This document shows, one piece after another, positions 14,324 through 26,410 of a stretch of 64,000 nt of DNA (within the stretch, counting starts at the first letter, position 1; every line of letters begins with the position of its first letter). Below the pieces are notes generated by a model. It made no database searches. It was not told the origin of the DNA and saw nothing but the letters and a program-made list of their open reading frames with translations. Source of the stretch: Octopus vulgaris (Eukaryota); the NCBI GenBank assembly GCA_951406725.2, contig OX597838.1, positions 13,082,001-13,146,000 on the forward strand. Direction: 5' to 3'. Position numbers and translations under genes: made by a program.

Positions 14324-14362
<39 letters not shown>
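13632..14362. repeat. Compound (TA)n(TACA)n microsatellite, ~730 bp
   Basis: Directly visible. Confidence 0.95.
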
Positions 14363-14366
<4 letters not shown>

Positions 14367-16263
14367 CACACATACACAACATACACATCTATATCTGTAT
14401 ATCTGTCTGTCTGTCTGTCTCTCTCTCTATATATATATACCCACCCCCAACCACCCACTCGCTCTCTCTCTCTCTCTCTCCATCCTTCATGAAGTGATGC
14501 TGTCTGGATTTCATCTTAAAACCATTCTTACTGAATACCAGAGCAACATACCTGAGAAGTAGCTGTTATTTAAGTTTCACTGATCTCTGCAAGTTTCTCA
14601 AAATTTATCTTTGAAACGTCTGCTCGTGTTGCCACTCAAACTTTGGCTTGTGTTTCGATGGTGCTATTCTCTGAGATTTGTTCAATTAATATTTATGTGT
14701 GTGTGTGTGTGTGAGAGAGAGAGAAAGAAAGAGTGTGTGTGTGTGTGTCTTGTGCTTTGTCTTTGTTATTCCCCTCCCATCAGTAATTATCTTCCATCTG
14801 TTTCTAACATAAGAAAACCTATTATTATGGAACTTTTATCTACTGAAATACTAAAATCTTGTGTGTTAAAAATATTATCATTCATTTGATAAGATTTTTG
14901 CAAAATAAATGAAAAGTGAAAGAAAGAAAGAAAAATTTGATTTATTAAATGAAAGCAGCTTGATACGGGTGGTCTTGTGCAGGTGGGTTGGTATGATGGT
15001 ACAAGAGCTGGTTTTTTTTTTTTATGCTGGATGGGTGTGTTGGTTGTTGAAAGCGTTAACATTTAAGATTATCTAAAGTAGATATTCGACCCCTCAAAAA
15101 AAAAAAAAAAATTATAAAAAAGATGTTTGATGTCCCTTGATTCATGTTAATTTAAACAGAACTGTCTCCTTATTTTTGGCAACCACTTAATTCCTCTGAC
15201 GAATTGTGTATTTTTATATCTGTATAGTCGGTTGTGCTCTCTTGAAGAAGATCACACACACAAATATGTATATATTGTCAAGATACAGCCATACTCCATA
15301 GAGTATATCATAATTGGTGGTAGTCTTAGTAAGGTGTTTTTCATCAAAGTGTTCAACAGATTCTATTATCTGGGGAGAGTGATTTTCTTTTTGTGCCTTA
15401 TTATGTAACACACTCACCGGTAAAATTTCCACTTTTTTCTTATTTTTATTTTCCTAAAATTTTTGTTGTGTCTTACAACCTTTTCAATAGTCAAAAGGTT
15501 GCAAGAGGCAACGAAAATTGCTGGAGACTATAGTAGAAAACACTTACCCAAGGTGCCATGTAGTGGGACTGAACTCAGAACCCATCGTGTATATATATAT
15601 ATATATATATGTATGCGTGTGTGTGTTTTGTATTTTTGTGCATCTGTGTTTGTCCCCCCAACATCGCTTGACAACCGATGCTGGTATGTTTACGTCCCCG
15701 TCACTTAGCAGTTCGGCAAAAGAGACCGATCGAATAAGTACTAGGCTTACAAAGAATAAGTCCCGGGGTCGATTTCTTTGACTAAAGGTGGTGCTCCAGC
15801 ATGGTCGCAGGTAAATGACTGAAACAAGGGAAAGAGTAAAAGAGTACCATTCAATTACTGGGGTTGATGGTATTGACCGGCCGATTGCTCTCAAAATTGT
15901 GCCAATGATCTAGAACAATTGTTAGCACATTGGACAAAATGGTTAGCAGTATTTCTTCCTGCTCTTTATGTTCAAATTCTGCTGAGTTGACTCTGTCTTT
16001 TATCTTTTTGAGGTTGATAGAAGTACCAGTCATGCACTGGGGTTGATGTTATGAACTTGCTTCCTCCCTGAAATTGCTGGCCTTGTACTAAAATTTGAAA
16101 CCATTATTAATAATATTGTTTGACTTTCCTTTCTGGTTAGATAAAATAACTATCAGTCAAATACTAGGCTCGATGTAACTGACTTGCCCCTTCTCTTAAA
16201 ATTGCTGGCCTAGTGCCAAAAATCGAGTATAATTATTATTAATATTATTTTTATTATTTTCAG

Positions 16264-16463
16264 ATGCCCTTTTGGCTGACCTGCAGTCTACAACCGCGCA
16301 CATTTCGTCATTCCAGCAGCAACAGGCGGAACAGGAACAATACCAGAATCGGCGGCCAGACATAGTGAGTTCACAGTCGTCTCCGCGCACATCCACCCCA
16401 TCACCTCTCCCCTCCCAGCTCACCGACCACAACGACACGTCACAGCTGAGGCGCAATGACAAA
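16264..16463 (+). CDS. PXN: Paxillin internal exon carrying LD1 (D)ALLADLQSTT
   Basis: Acceptor ttttcag|AT GCC CTT TTG GCT GAC CTG CAG, donor AAA|gtaagt. Phase 1 to phase 0. Matches the paxillin N-terminus MDDLDALLADLESTT, with the intron falling inside the second Asp codon of LD1. Confidence 0.93.
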
Positions 16464-17464
16464 GTAAGTTAATCTTCTCATCCTCAACATTGAAATAGTG
16501 ACCAAGTGGACAGACAAGACCAGGAACCTGCTGTGTGTGTGTGTGTGTGTGTGGAGAAATAAAGTGTTTACCTGATTCTAGCTTCTTTGCATCTGAGATA
16601 GAATTTTTAAGGTCTCAGATACCTTAAAAGTAATCATTACTGGTTGGAATTAAATTTTAGGCCCTCAGATTGCTTAGAAAATAATCATCTCTGTTTGGGA
16701 CTAAATTGTAGGGGTTTGGATGCCCCCAAAACTAGTCACCCTTGTTGGGATTGAATATTTTTCCTCTTCGTTTTGCACCCTCACTCCCAAATAATTCCCC
16801 CAATCCTTCCTCTATCCAGAGCTGCAACCCTCTGGAGGTCATCCTTTCTGAACCTTATTCACACTGATCTCACTTGTCAGGAAATGCCTGTTATAGGCCA
16901 TTAGCTAGGGATACTGCCCCTCATCATTCTCTAAATCAAAATAAAGTAAAATTAACTTTGAAATTCAGAAAGAATTCCGACCCCAGTCATGTGATCCTGG
17001 GCTGTCTAAGGACTGGCTTAATGTATGTGATGTCAAAACAAGGAAACGAACACACATGACAGGCTTCTTTCAGTTTCCATCTACCTACTCTACTCACAAG
17101 GCTTTTGGTTAGCCTGGGGCTTTAGTAGAAGGTACTTGCTTGAGGCACCACACTCTGTGATTAGGAAGTAAACTCAAAGCTGTGTGGTCAGAAAGCAAAC
17201 TTCTTAGCTGCAGTCACACCTGCCCCTCTAAGGTTCCTTGTGGGTATTTAGTGGTGTTTGTATGGACCTAGATTTTAAATTCCTGGTTGTTTCATCTACA
17301 CACAATTGATTGACCTGCCGATGTCCAGGCTGGTCACTGGCCACATCAACCTCACCAGTCTGGGTTTAGGCATTACTCTTCTTGTGCCAATGTTATTAAA
17401 AATCTGTAAAATACCAATAGTGCCCAACCTAATAATTGTTTATCTTTCTTTCCTCTAAATCCAG

Positions 17465-17885
17465 GCTCATGGGTGTCCCAGTCTGAAACAGCACATTGTC
17501 CAAGAGAACTCCACTCACCATCACCACCATCACCACCTTCATCATCATCAACAGCAGCAGCAGCAACAACAACAGCAGCATCATCACAGCTACAGCAGCG
17601 AAAGGACATCTAGTAGCAGTAGCAACAGTGGTGCCACCTATCATCAGGAGAGAAGCAGTGCTAGTTCAACCCTTTCTCAATCCAGTCTGCCGGGACTCAG
17701 TCCTGTAGGTTACAACAAACCAATCGGATCCGGTTCGGTGAGCAGCGGCAGCAACAGCAGTCTTGGTGCCAACGCCAGTTCACAGATGTCGTCGACAATC
17801 AACAGCAACCTGTCAGAGCTTGACCAGCTCTTGCAGGATTTGAACTCTGCTCACTTCCTGGATGAAGTCAATCGTAGAACCAATT
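17465..17885 (+). CDS. PXN: Paxillin exon with a His/Gln tract and LD2 (NLSELDQLLQDLNS)
   Basis: Pyrimidine tract then ccag|GCT CAT GGG. The frame is open for 140 codons. Donor AAT T|gtgagt. Phase 0 to phase 1, matching the neighbouring exons. Peptide is close to the paxillin LD2 NLSELDRLLLELN. Confidence 0.93.
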
Positions 17886-17989
17886 GTGAGTCATTTCTCT
17901 TTTCGTTTTCTTTCAAAGAATTAAAATGACACAGTATGCATGTAAGGCGCATATACACATTGTAAGCACATTACACAAGTTCATATTAA

Positions 17990-18210
17990 CCCTTTAGCAT
18001 TTAAACCGGCCATATCCAGTCAAAAGTATTCTGCTTGTTTTATGTTCAAACTGGCCATATCTGGTCTCTCACACCTACCCTACAATATCGTTTTAAAAAT
18101 TAACAGCTACCTCATCAAAATCTCATAGCTGCAAGATAATGCATGATTAGTTCAAAACAATATAGATGAAGGGGCATTAATTTTGGCAGAATAATGCGAA
18201 CACTAAAGGG
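17990..18210 (+). mobile_element. piggyBac-type MITE, family 2
   Basis: TTAA|CCCTTTAGCATT...ACACTAAAGGG|TTAA. Confidence 0.85.
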
Positions 18211-18264
18211 TTAAGCTCTCTCTCTCTCTCTCTCTCTCACTCACACACAGACAGACAGACAGAC

Positions 18265-18314
<50 letters not shown>

Positions 18315-18510
18315 GAAAGAAAGTCCTGTGGTATTTCAAGATAGGAGAGAAACAGTTCTTTGGTCATTATTGATATATTTAATCAAGATATTGACAACAT
18401 AATCTCTCATTTACTGGGCAAATTGTTGATCTTTCAGATTTAAAGCTTTCCAAGGTTTGAACCAAAGAAACACTCAGTATCATTTTTAACCTCTTCACAA
18501 TTAAGAAACT

Positions 18511-18831
18511 AAACAATTGCAGCATGGAAGGTGTTTATAAGCCATTTAAGAAACACACAAAAACTGTTAGATTCACTTCAACTTTTAAATTTAATTTGTC
18601 AAAATATTTTCGTCGCTTTGAGACTGCGACCTGTTCACTGATAAAACTTTGTGCAGGTCGCGGTCTCAAAGCGTCGAAAATATTTTGACAAATTAAATTT
18701 AAATGTTGAAGTGAATCTAACAGTTTTTGTGTGTTTCTTAAATGGCTTATAAACACCTTCCACTCTGCAATTGTTTTCGTTCCAGCACACGATCTCAGAT
18801 CAAGTCACTTGCTATGCAAGTACATCTCCGT
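18511..18831 (+). mobile_element. Fold-back element (~124-bp arms plus 55-bp tail) with 12-bp TSD; Penelope-like
   Basis: Arms 18511-18634 and 18653-18776. AATTAAGAAACT is duplicated at 18499-18510 and 18832-18843. A hammerhead-shaped variant sits at the apex. Confidence 0.75.
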
Positions 18832-19327
18832 AATTAAGAAACTGTTTTCCCTCTAAATAATGTTGCAATGATTTGAAAAGATGATTGTCAGACGGAGCTA
18901 GGTCAGGAGAGGGATGCACTTATAGGTGTAAGTACTCTTAGATGCACTGTGTGAAATAGGAGTAGAAAGATGGGGTGGTCACTGAGGGAACGTCTTTGAT
19001 CAGAGTTCTGTTCAATCCAAGTCAACTATCATCATTGTCATCATAATCATCACCATCGTTATCATCATCATCTCATCAGTATTATCATTGTCATCATAAT
19101 CATCACCATCGTTATCATCATCATCATCTCATTGTCATCATCATCATCGTCATTGTTGTCACCATCATCACCACCACTACTGTCATCGTCATCATTACCG
19201 ATGGAAACAAATTTCTTAAACAAAAGCAACAAAATAAACTAAATATTTTAATTTGTGATAAATATTTATTTTTTTATTTTCATTGATCATTTTCTTTTTT
19301 TTTTTTTCTTTTTTTCTACAACTGCAG

Positions 19328-19523
19328 CTAATCAATCTCAGTTTGTTAATGGAAACTCCCAAAGGGTGGTCACATCTCCTGGCCAAGTTCCATCGTCAAC
19401 TGGGAGCCAACCTGTTCAACCCCCTGTTGCCCCCAAACCAAACCGTGTCGAAACCAACAACAGAGCTAATGTGGATGCCATGTTGCACGAACTGGACCAT
19501 GGAGTCCCGCCCCCTCCCGCTGG
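19328..19523 (+). CDS. PXN: Paxillin exon with PPVAPKP and a third LD-like motif (ANVDAMLHELD)
   Basis: Long poly-T tract then tgcag|CT AAT CAA, donor GCT GG|gtaagt. Phase 1 to phase 2, in frame with the previous exon. Resembles LD3 (SVESLLDELE). Confidence 0.88.
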
Positions 19524-20282
19524 GTAAGTTCTCTAAGCCACGCCCACCTTTGATTTCATTGGCTGGTTGTTGTTAGTGTCTGGATTCTTGTTTTGTATTT
19601 TTGGTCTTGATATTTTTTTTCATTTATTTCCATTTCTTTTTCCATCTTTGCTAATGTCTGAGAATTCTTCAGGCTGTGTTCTCTTGAAAGTCAGGAACGA
19701 TGCTGCCAATAGATCACCAGGGTTAAGGTGCCTCATGATAATGATTACTGAGGCACCTCAACATATCTACATGAGGCGCTTCATGATGGATATTTCTTAA
19801 TATTTCATAACTATATTTCTTTGCTTGTTCCACCACCATTTTTGTTTGTATATTCAGTAAAATGAAAACCATTTATATATAAACTGCAGATATAGATCGG
19901 ATTTAGCTGACTCTGTCACCCTTACATTTTCAAACAGAAATTGAGTTGGGTGTATCGGTGCTTCCATAGATCTTTGTGTAATAATGTCTTGCTGTCTTGG
20001 GTAAATGTTTCATGACAAGATAATCCACTTAAATCCATTTGGAGATTTGTTTTTTTTTTTTTGTATTTTTGTATTATTTTTTTGTTTTTATGTCATTTAG
20101 TTATTAGTTGGTACCATCCAATTGTTTGGAGATCTTCTCTAGTGCTCTAGACTTGTGTGATTTATAAGATTGATGTGATTGATGGATAGCCTGAACATAC
20201 GCAAATCAATGTCATCAGTGTAGAATTTGGATGAGAAGAGAAAAGAAAGGTCTGGTGTCTGTGTGTGCATGTACAATATATA

Positions 20283-20483
20283 TATAATCAAAATAAGCAA
20301 CAAGGATATCCAAGGTAGTGTAGTACAATTGTTTCATGCTACAACACTACTACACTACCTTGGATATCCTTGTTGCTTATTTTGATTATAATCACCCCAT
20401 TTGATTTATATGGATAATACCATACAAAATTCTGGTGCCTTTAACTTGAGTACCATATTCATCTGAATCTAAATTTTGCTGAA

Positions 20484-20487
<4 letters not shown>
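20283..20487 (+). mobile_element. Fold-back element in (TA)n, 43-bp perfect arms plus tail
   Basis: Arms 20283-20325 and 20348-20390. Across the loop the minus strand reads GAAAC-AATT-GTA, the 3' half of a hammerhead. Confidence 0.7.
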
Positions 20488-20544
<57 letters not shown>

Positions 20545-20885
20545 TGGGTATATACCTTCTAGTGTGCCATTGAAAGCCCATAAACTGTATTCGGCTACCT
20601 GATGTCATCAACAGTATGGATGTAAATGCCACTGGATTTTTTTACTGCAGGAGTTCTTTGGGTCCATCAGGTATATAAAATATGAGAGAAAGAAAGTGAA
20701 ATCCCTGAGACTCTTTATTATTCACTATGATCATTTTGACCCATCATGCACCTGTGTTTCATGGGTGAGATGCTGTACAAACACTTGTGGCGTATCATAG
20801 GTGGCGATGTCTCATCGAGTCACAAGTCACCTGACAACATGCATCTGCATATATATCTATCTATCTATCTATATATATATATATA

Positions 20886-21232
20886 AATGATATGAGGGAA
20901 TACTATTCCAAACTTACAGAGAAAATTCAATTTAGAAATACTAAATCAAATTTCACAAAATATAATATATATATATATATAAAAATTAGAAAAAAACTAC
21001 CTTTTATCAATTCAATAATGAAAAATTAAATTACATATTATAGAAAGATTAAATATAAGATAAGACATATAACAATGATTAAATAATGTGCAAAATAATA
21101 TATAAAACGTATATTATTTAATCATCGTTATTTGTTTTATCTTGTATTTAATCTTTCTATAATATGTAATTTTTCTAAATGGTATAATTTAATTTTTCAT
21201 TATTGAATTGATAAAAGGTGTTTTTTTCTAAT
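20886..21232 (-). mobile_element. AT-rich fold-back element plus tail in (TA)n; same family as 45998-46310
   Basis: Inverted arms span ~20985-21232. Tail 20886-20960 is similar in reverse complement to 46248-46310. Confidence 0.6.
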
Positions 21233-21250
21233 ATATATATATATATATAT

Positions 21251-21505
21251 AAATTTAACAATTAAGGATAACTTCTTAATAAGGAATCTTAACAAGAAAT
21301 TATCAGGTAGTTAGCGTGAAAAACCTCACAAGAGAAAAGAATTCGAAAATAATTTTTTTCCTTTTGAACATATTAATTATATTTATATTGTATAGAGGGC
21401 ATTATTACACATAAATGTCTCACACTAAGAGGGACAAAGTCATTTTGGTAGTAATGACTTTGTCCCTCTTAGTGTGAGGCATTTATGTGTAATAATGCCC
21501 TCTAT

Positions 21506-21513
<8 letters not shown>
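21251..21513 (-). mobile_element. Fold-back element (61-bp arms) plus tail in (TA)n
   Basis: Arms 21384-21444 and 21453-21513 with one mismatch. Related sequence at ~51205-51350. Confidence 0.62.
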
Positions 21514-21553
<40 letters not shown>

Positions 21554-22770
21554 TACACAGAAAACTGGAAAAACTTTTTGGTATTATTTATTCCTCATTA
21601 AACATGCTTCATTACTAATGGTAGTTCTATAGGTATACATGTAGGAAAACATGTAAGGCATCTCCTACTTGTAATTCTTTAGACTGGGAATTGAAATAAT
21701 GGGGATGCAGATTGGATTGTAACCCTATCTACTTACTATTCTGCTCAAATATTATCTACTTCATTAGACATTGCCCCCTCCCACCCACGTGTGTGTGTGT
21801 GTGTGTGTGTGTGTAGATTAGCTGCCGTTACTCAGTTTTATTGTTACACAAATATTCGTTTAATCATTCAGATCTTCGTGAGGGGCAAGAGTTTGAGTTA
21901 TGCTCATTGAACTCATTAACTGCTAATCTACATAATATATTAATTGTTTTTTTTCCATACAAACTTGTATACATATATGCATGTTTCTACATATGTACAT
22001 ACCTGTCTGTGTGTGTATGTACATATGGATGTGCATATGTATGTATGTATGTGGGTATGTATATATGTATGTTGGCTTGGCTTGGCAGGTCTTCTCAAGC
22101 ACAGCATATTGCCAAAGGCCTCGGTCACCAGTCATTGCCTCTGTGAGGCCCAACATTTGAAGATCATGCCTCACCACCTTGTCCCATGTCTTTGTGGATC
22201 TCCCTCATCCACAGCTTCCTTTCACTGGTAGAGATCAGCACTTCTTCACACAACAGTCCACATCAATATGCACACACACACACACACACGCGCGCGCGCA
22301 ATCATATGTATACACAGACATTCATACTCACACACATCCATAGATACATATGCACGCACAATGTACTTTACAATAAAAAGGCACAGGTTGATACAAAGGA
22401 AGAAAATACTTGCCCGGGTGCCTCACAGAGGGATTGAACACCACACCTCATGGTTGTGAAGCAAGTACTTTAACCACATAACCATCTTTGAGTTCATATG
22501 TTTTAAAGAATTTCTACATTTCAGTTTTGTTACATAACAAACTGTTCATTTCATTGCATCCTCCTTTTAATTTTGTCTGTAGATTCAATAGATTTAATTT
22601 ATTTCTGAGATAAAGAACGACCATTATTATACATTGATCTGTTCAGACTAAGTTCCTTCTCCTCAGCTTTGCTATTTGTTATGGTGGCAGCATTTCAGCT
22701 ATTGCATTCTCCAGCTTTCATCAGGTGCCATATTCAGTAACATTCCAAGAATTTCAAACCAAATCCTTAA

Positions 22771-23439
22771 CCCTTTCGTTACCAACCCAGCTGAAACCGG
22801 CTCTGGCTCTTTAACCCTTTAGCATTCAGATTACTCTGTCAAATGTAAAGCCTCTTTAATCACATCGTTTTAAATTAATTGTACAGCATCTTGTAACTCT
22901 GAGATTTTGATGATGTCCCCGTTTATTTACAGAATGACTTTGTAGGGAAGGTGTGAGAGGTCAGAGCTGGCTGGTTTGAGCATATAACAGGAAGACAATT
23001 TTGGCCTGGTATGGCCGGTTTAACCCTTTAGTGTTTAAACCGGCCATATCCGGCCAAAATATTCTACCTATTTTATGTTCAAACTAGTCAGGTATGGTCA
23101 TTCATAGCTACCTTATTGTGTCATTTTAAGAATAAACAATCACATCATTGAAATCTCAAAGCCATGAAATGATGCAGGATTAATTTTACATGGTGTGAAT
23201 ACATAAGCTTTACATTTGACAGAATAATCTGAATGCTAAAGGGTTAAACACTAAAGGGTTAATATAAATGTCTTGTTTTCAAAAGTTCTGAATTAAAATC
23301 TTCCACCAAATCTTATTCGCAATTTATGTTCCTAACACCAGCTTAATGATAATGAAGTTATTTTATTAAATTCTTTGTTATATTTAAAGTAATTGAAAGA
23401 AACACAGAGCATCTCAAAATATATACAGTAACAAAAGGG
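22771..23439. mobile_element. Triply nested piggyBac-type MITEs
   Basis: Family 1 (22771-23439) contains family 2 (22815-23258), which contains another family 2 copy (23024-23243). Each is bounded by TTAA. Two decayed copies follow to ~23891. Confidence 0.85.
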
Positions 23440-24356
23440 TTAATTAGCCATTGTGTTACCATATTTCTGTTGAAGCCTTTGTTTCAACTAATTTATAAAA
23501 GAAATGAAGAATTTATCGAAATAACTCTGTTGCTATTGAGCTGGTGTCTAGAACATAAATTACCATGAAATTTAAGATGTAAGATCTTAATGTCGATCTT
23601 TTTAAAACAGGAAGTTTGTTTCATAGAATCAGGGGTAGTTTTCAGAATGGATTGGTACCAGAAGAGTTAACCCTTTTGTTACCATATTTCTGTTGAAATA
23701 CACTGTTTGTTTCTGTTGAATTTGAGAATAATTAAGAATTTAGTGAAACAACTTTGTTAATTTAAGTTCCAGATACAATATTCATGACAAAGTATTTCGT
23801 AGAAGGTTTTAATTTGGATATCTTTAATACAGGAAGTTTTTATCGGAGATCCAGAGTGGCCCCATATGGGGTTGGTATGGTATTAAAAGGGTTCAGTCCA
23901 TAGATATCTGAAGAAGATGGAAGTGGAACAACAGCTGAAACATTGTTGGGGGACAATATTTTTTGGCAGTTGAGGACATAATCTGAATACATCAATGTTT
24001 GATGATGCATTTTTTTAGTTTAGTTTTTGTTAAATTTTTGCTATATTTATTGTTGCTTTCCATTATTGAATATTGCTTGGCTTTTAAACTAATGTATTTT
24101 ATGAACTTATATACTTATACAGAACACATCCTATGTATAGTGTTAGTAAATGTTTGCTAAGCTCCATCATCAGAGAGCAATCACTATATTGAAACAATGG
24201 TGACCATGATAATTCTCTCTCTCTCTCTCTCTCATTTATTCTTAATAAGTTCTGGCAGATTCAAACATGAATAAGCTAATCATTGCTGTGTTTCGTGAGA
24301 GGAAAACGCTTCATTTTTATGAAAAATATGTGTTTATAATACACTCGCTTCATTTG

Positions 24357-24998
24357 CATAAAGGATTCTGGTACAGCCGGTGTTTCAACATCGTTGTGTC
24401 TTATTTCTTTACTACCCACAAGGGGCTAAACACAGGGTACAAACAAGGACAGACAAATGGATTGTCGATTATATCGACCCCAGTGTGTAACTGGTACTTA
24501 TTTAATCGACCCCGAAAGGATGAAAGGCAAAGTTGACCTCGGCAGAATTTGAACTCAGAACATAGCAGCAGACGAAATACCGCTAAGCATTTCGCCCGGT
24601 GTGCTAACGTTTCTGCCAGCTCACCACCTTCTTCATTGTGTCTTGTCAGCTTGAAGCACATTCAGACTAATGAATCTAACAATGGTGTCGGCAGCAAAGA
24701 ACGCTGACAAGACACAATGAAGAAGGTGGTGAGCTGGCAGAATCGTTAGCACACCGGGCGAAATTCTTAGCGGTATTTCGTCTGCTGCTACGTTCTGAGT
24801 TCAAATTCTGCCGAGGTCAACTTTGCCTTTCATTCTTTCGGGGTCGATTAAATAAGTACCAGTTACACACTGGGGTCGATATAATCGACAATCCATTTGT
24901 CTGTCCTTGTTTGTACCCCCTGTGTATAGCCCCTTGTGGGCAGTAAAGAAATAAGACACAACGATGTTGAAACACCAGCTGTACCAGAATCCTTTATG
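24357..24998. mobile_element. ~295-bp inverted duplication, each arm containing a SINE with its TSD
   Basis: Arms 24357-24650 and 24703-24998. The SINE is flanked by tcRttgtgtctt in both arms. Confidence 0.8.
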
Positions 24999-25616
24999 TG
25001 GGTCAGCTTTTTGCGATCCCTTTTCACCACCTTGTCTTCTTAGGGCTCCCCTTTGGACAGTGTATGTAAAGTGGTTGGTTACAGGAACACTATCCAACTG
25101 TTGAACTCATACTTAAAACACATGCCATACACTATACCAAAGATTGATGCTGTGCGTGTGTGTGTGTGTGTGCCAGATATTACAAAGTAACATGACACGT
25201 GGCAAGACAATTCCAACCCATGCCAGCATGGAAAAACAGAGATAAAATGATGATAATAATGGTTATATATACAATCCTACATACATAGAAAAATATATAC
25301 CTGCACACAGATACACAAATATACACAGATACACGTAATGCTAGTAAATCAGCAACATAAATATTGCAAGGAATGTTTTTGCAAACCTTTGATTGACTGG
25401 AGAGAGTGAGAGTGTGTGTGGGTGAGAGAGAGAGAGAGATAATCGGCTCTTATTATTATTCTATGTTATCTTTCTTCGTACATTATGAAACCCAAAAGGA
25501 ATCTGTGTATTTTGGCAGCAGTGTTTCATAATTTCATTTACTAAGATAGTTATGGCTAGCCATCATATGTCAGAGTAACAAGTTTACTTATCATTTTAAT
25601 AATAATAATAATAATT

Positions 25617-25659
<43 letters not shown>

Positions 25660-25989
25660 GGAGTAGTAGTAGTATTAGTTTTGTTTTTGTGCAAAACTTC
25701 GGTAAATTTCTCTGTTTGCAGTAGGTTAAGAATCTAACATGGCAAAGTAATAAGAACTTTAAGGTTATATTTTCAATCTGTGATAATTCCAGTACCATTG
25801 AACCAATGAACAACCAAATGACTGCTCTACCGACCGAGCAAGATATCCAAATTTTCAGAGTACTAATGGTTAACTTGTTAACACTTTTTAACTAGCTGTG
25901 TTTAAGAAAGTATAAAGTGCGGATACAGGAAATAAAAATGTATATCAAAATGGATGGATAGATACATATATATATACATACTCTTACTC

Positions 25990-26200
25990 TCTCTTTTACT
26001 CTTTTACTTGTTTCAGTCATTTGACTGCGGCCATGCTGGAGCACCGCCTTTAGTCGAACAAATCGACTCCAGGACTTATTCTTTTGTAAGCCCAGTACTT
26101 ATTCTATCGGTCTCTTTTGCCGAACCGCTGAGTTATGGGGACGTAAACACACCAGCATCGGTTGTCAAGCGATGTTGGGGAGACAAACACACACACACAC

Positions 26201-26246
<46 letters not shown>

Positions 26247-26410
26247 GACGGGCTTCTTTTCAGTTTCCGTCTACCAAATCCACTCACAAGGCTTTGGTCG
26301 GCCCGAGGCCATAGTAGAAGACACTTGCCCAAGGTGCCACGCAGTGGGACTGAACCCGGAACCATGTGGTTGGTAAGCAAGCTACTTACCACACAGCCAC
26401 TCCTGCGCCT
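25990..26410 (-). mobile_element. tRNA-derived SINE family A (CORE-like ggcaccttgggcaagt), with internal (TA)/(TG) microsatellite
   Basis: A/B boxes tggctgtgtgg / gggttcagtcc. Other copies at ~4978-5387(-), 30482-31029(+), 47137-47424(+), 49086-49472(+), 49940-50350(-), 57710-58080(-), 63737-64000(+). Confidence 0.85.

Noticed and set aside
13598-14497. Long ORFs (200-300 aa) of YI/HT/CV or LS dipeptides here and at 3341-4089, 7799-8608, 32305-33144 and 53350-54194
   Set aside because: They are translations of stop-free microsatellites, not genes.
1-16263. Paxillin first coding exon (MDDL G|gt)
   Set aside because: I did not find it by eye; it presumably lies upstream of the window.
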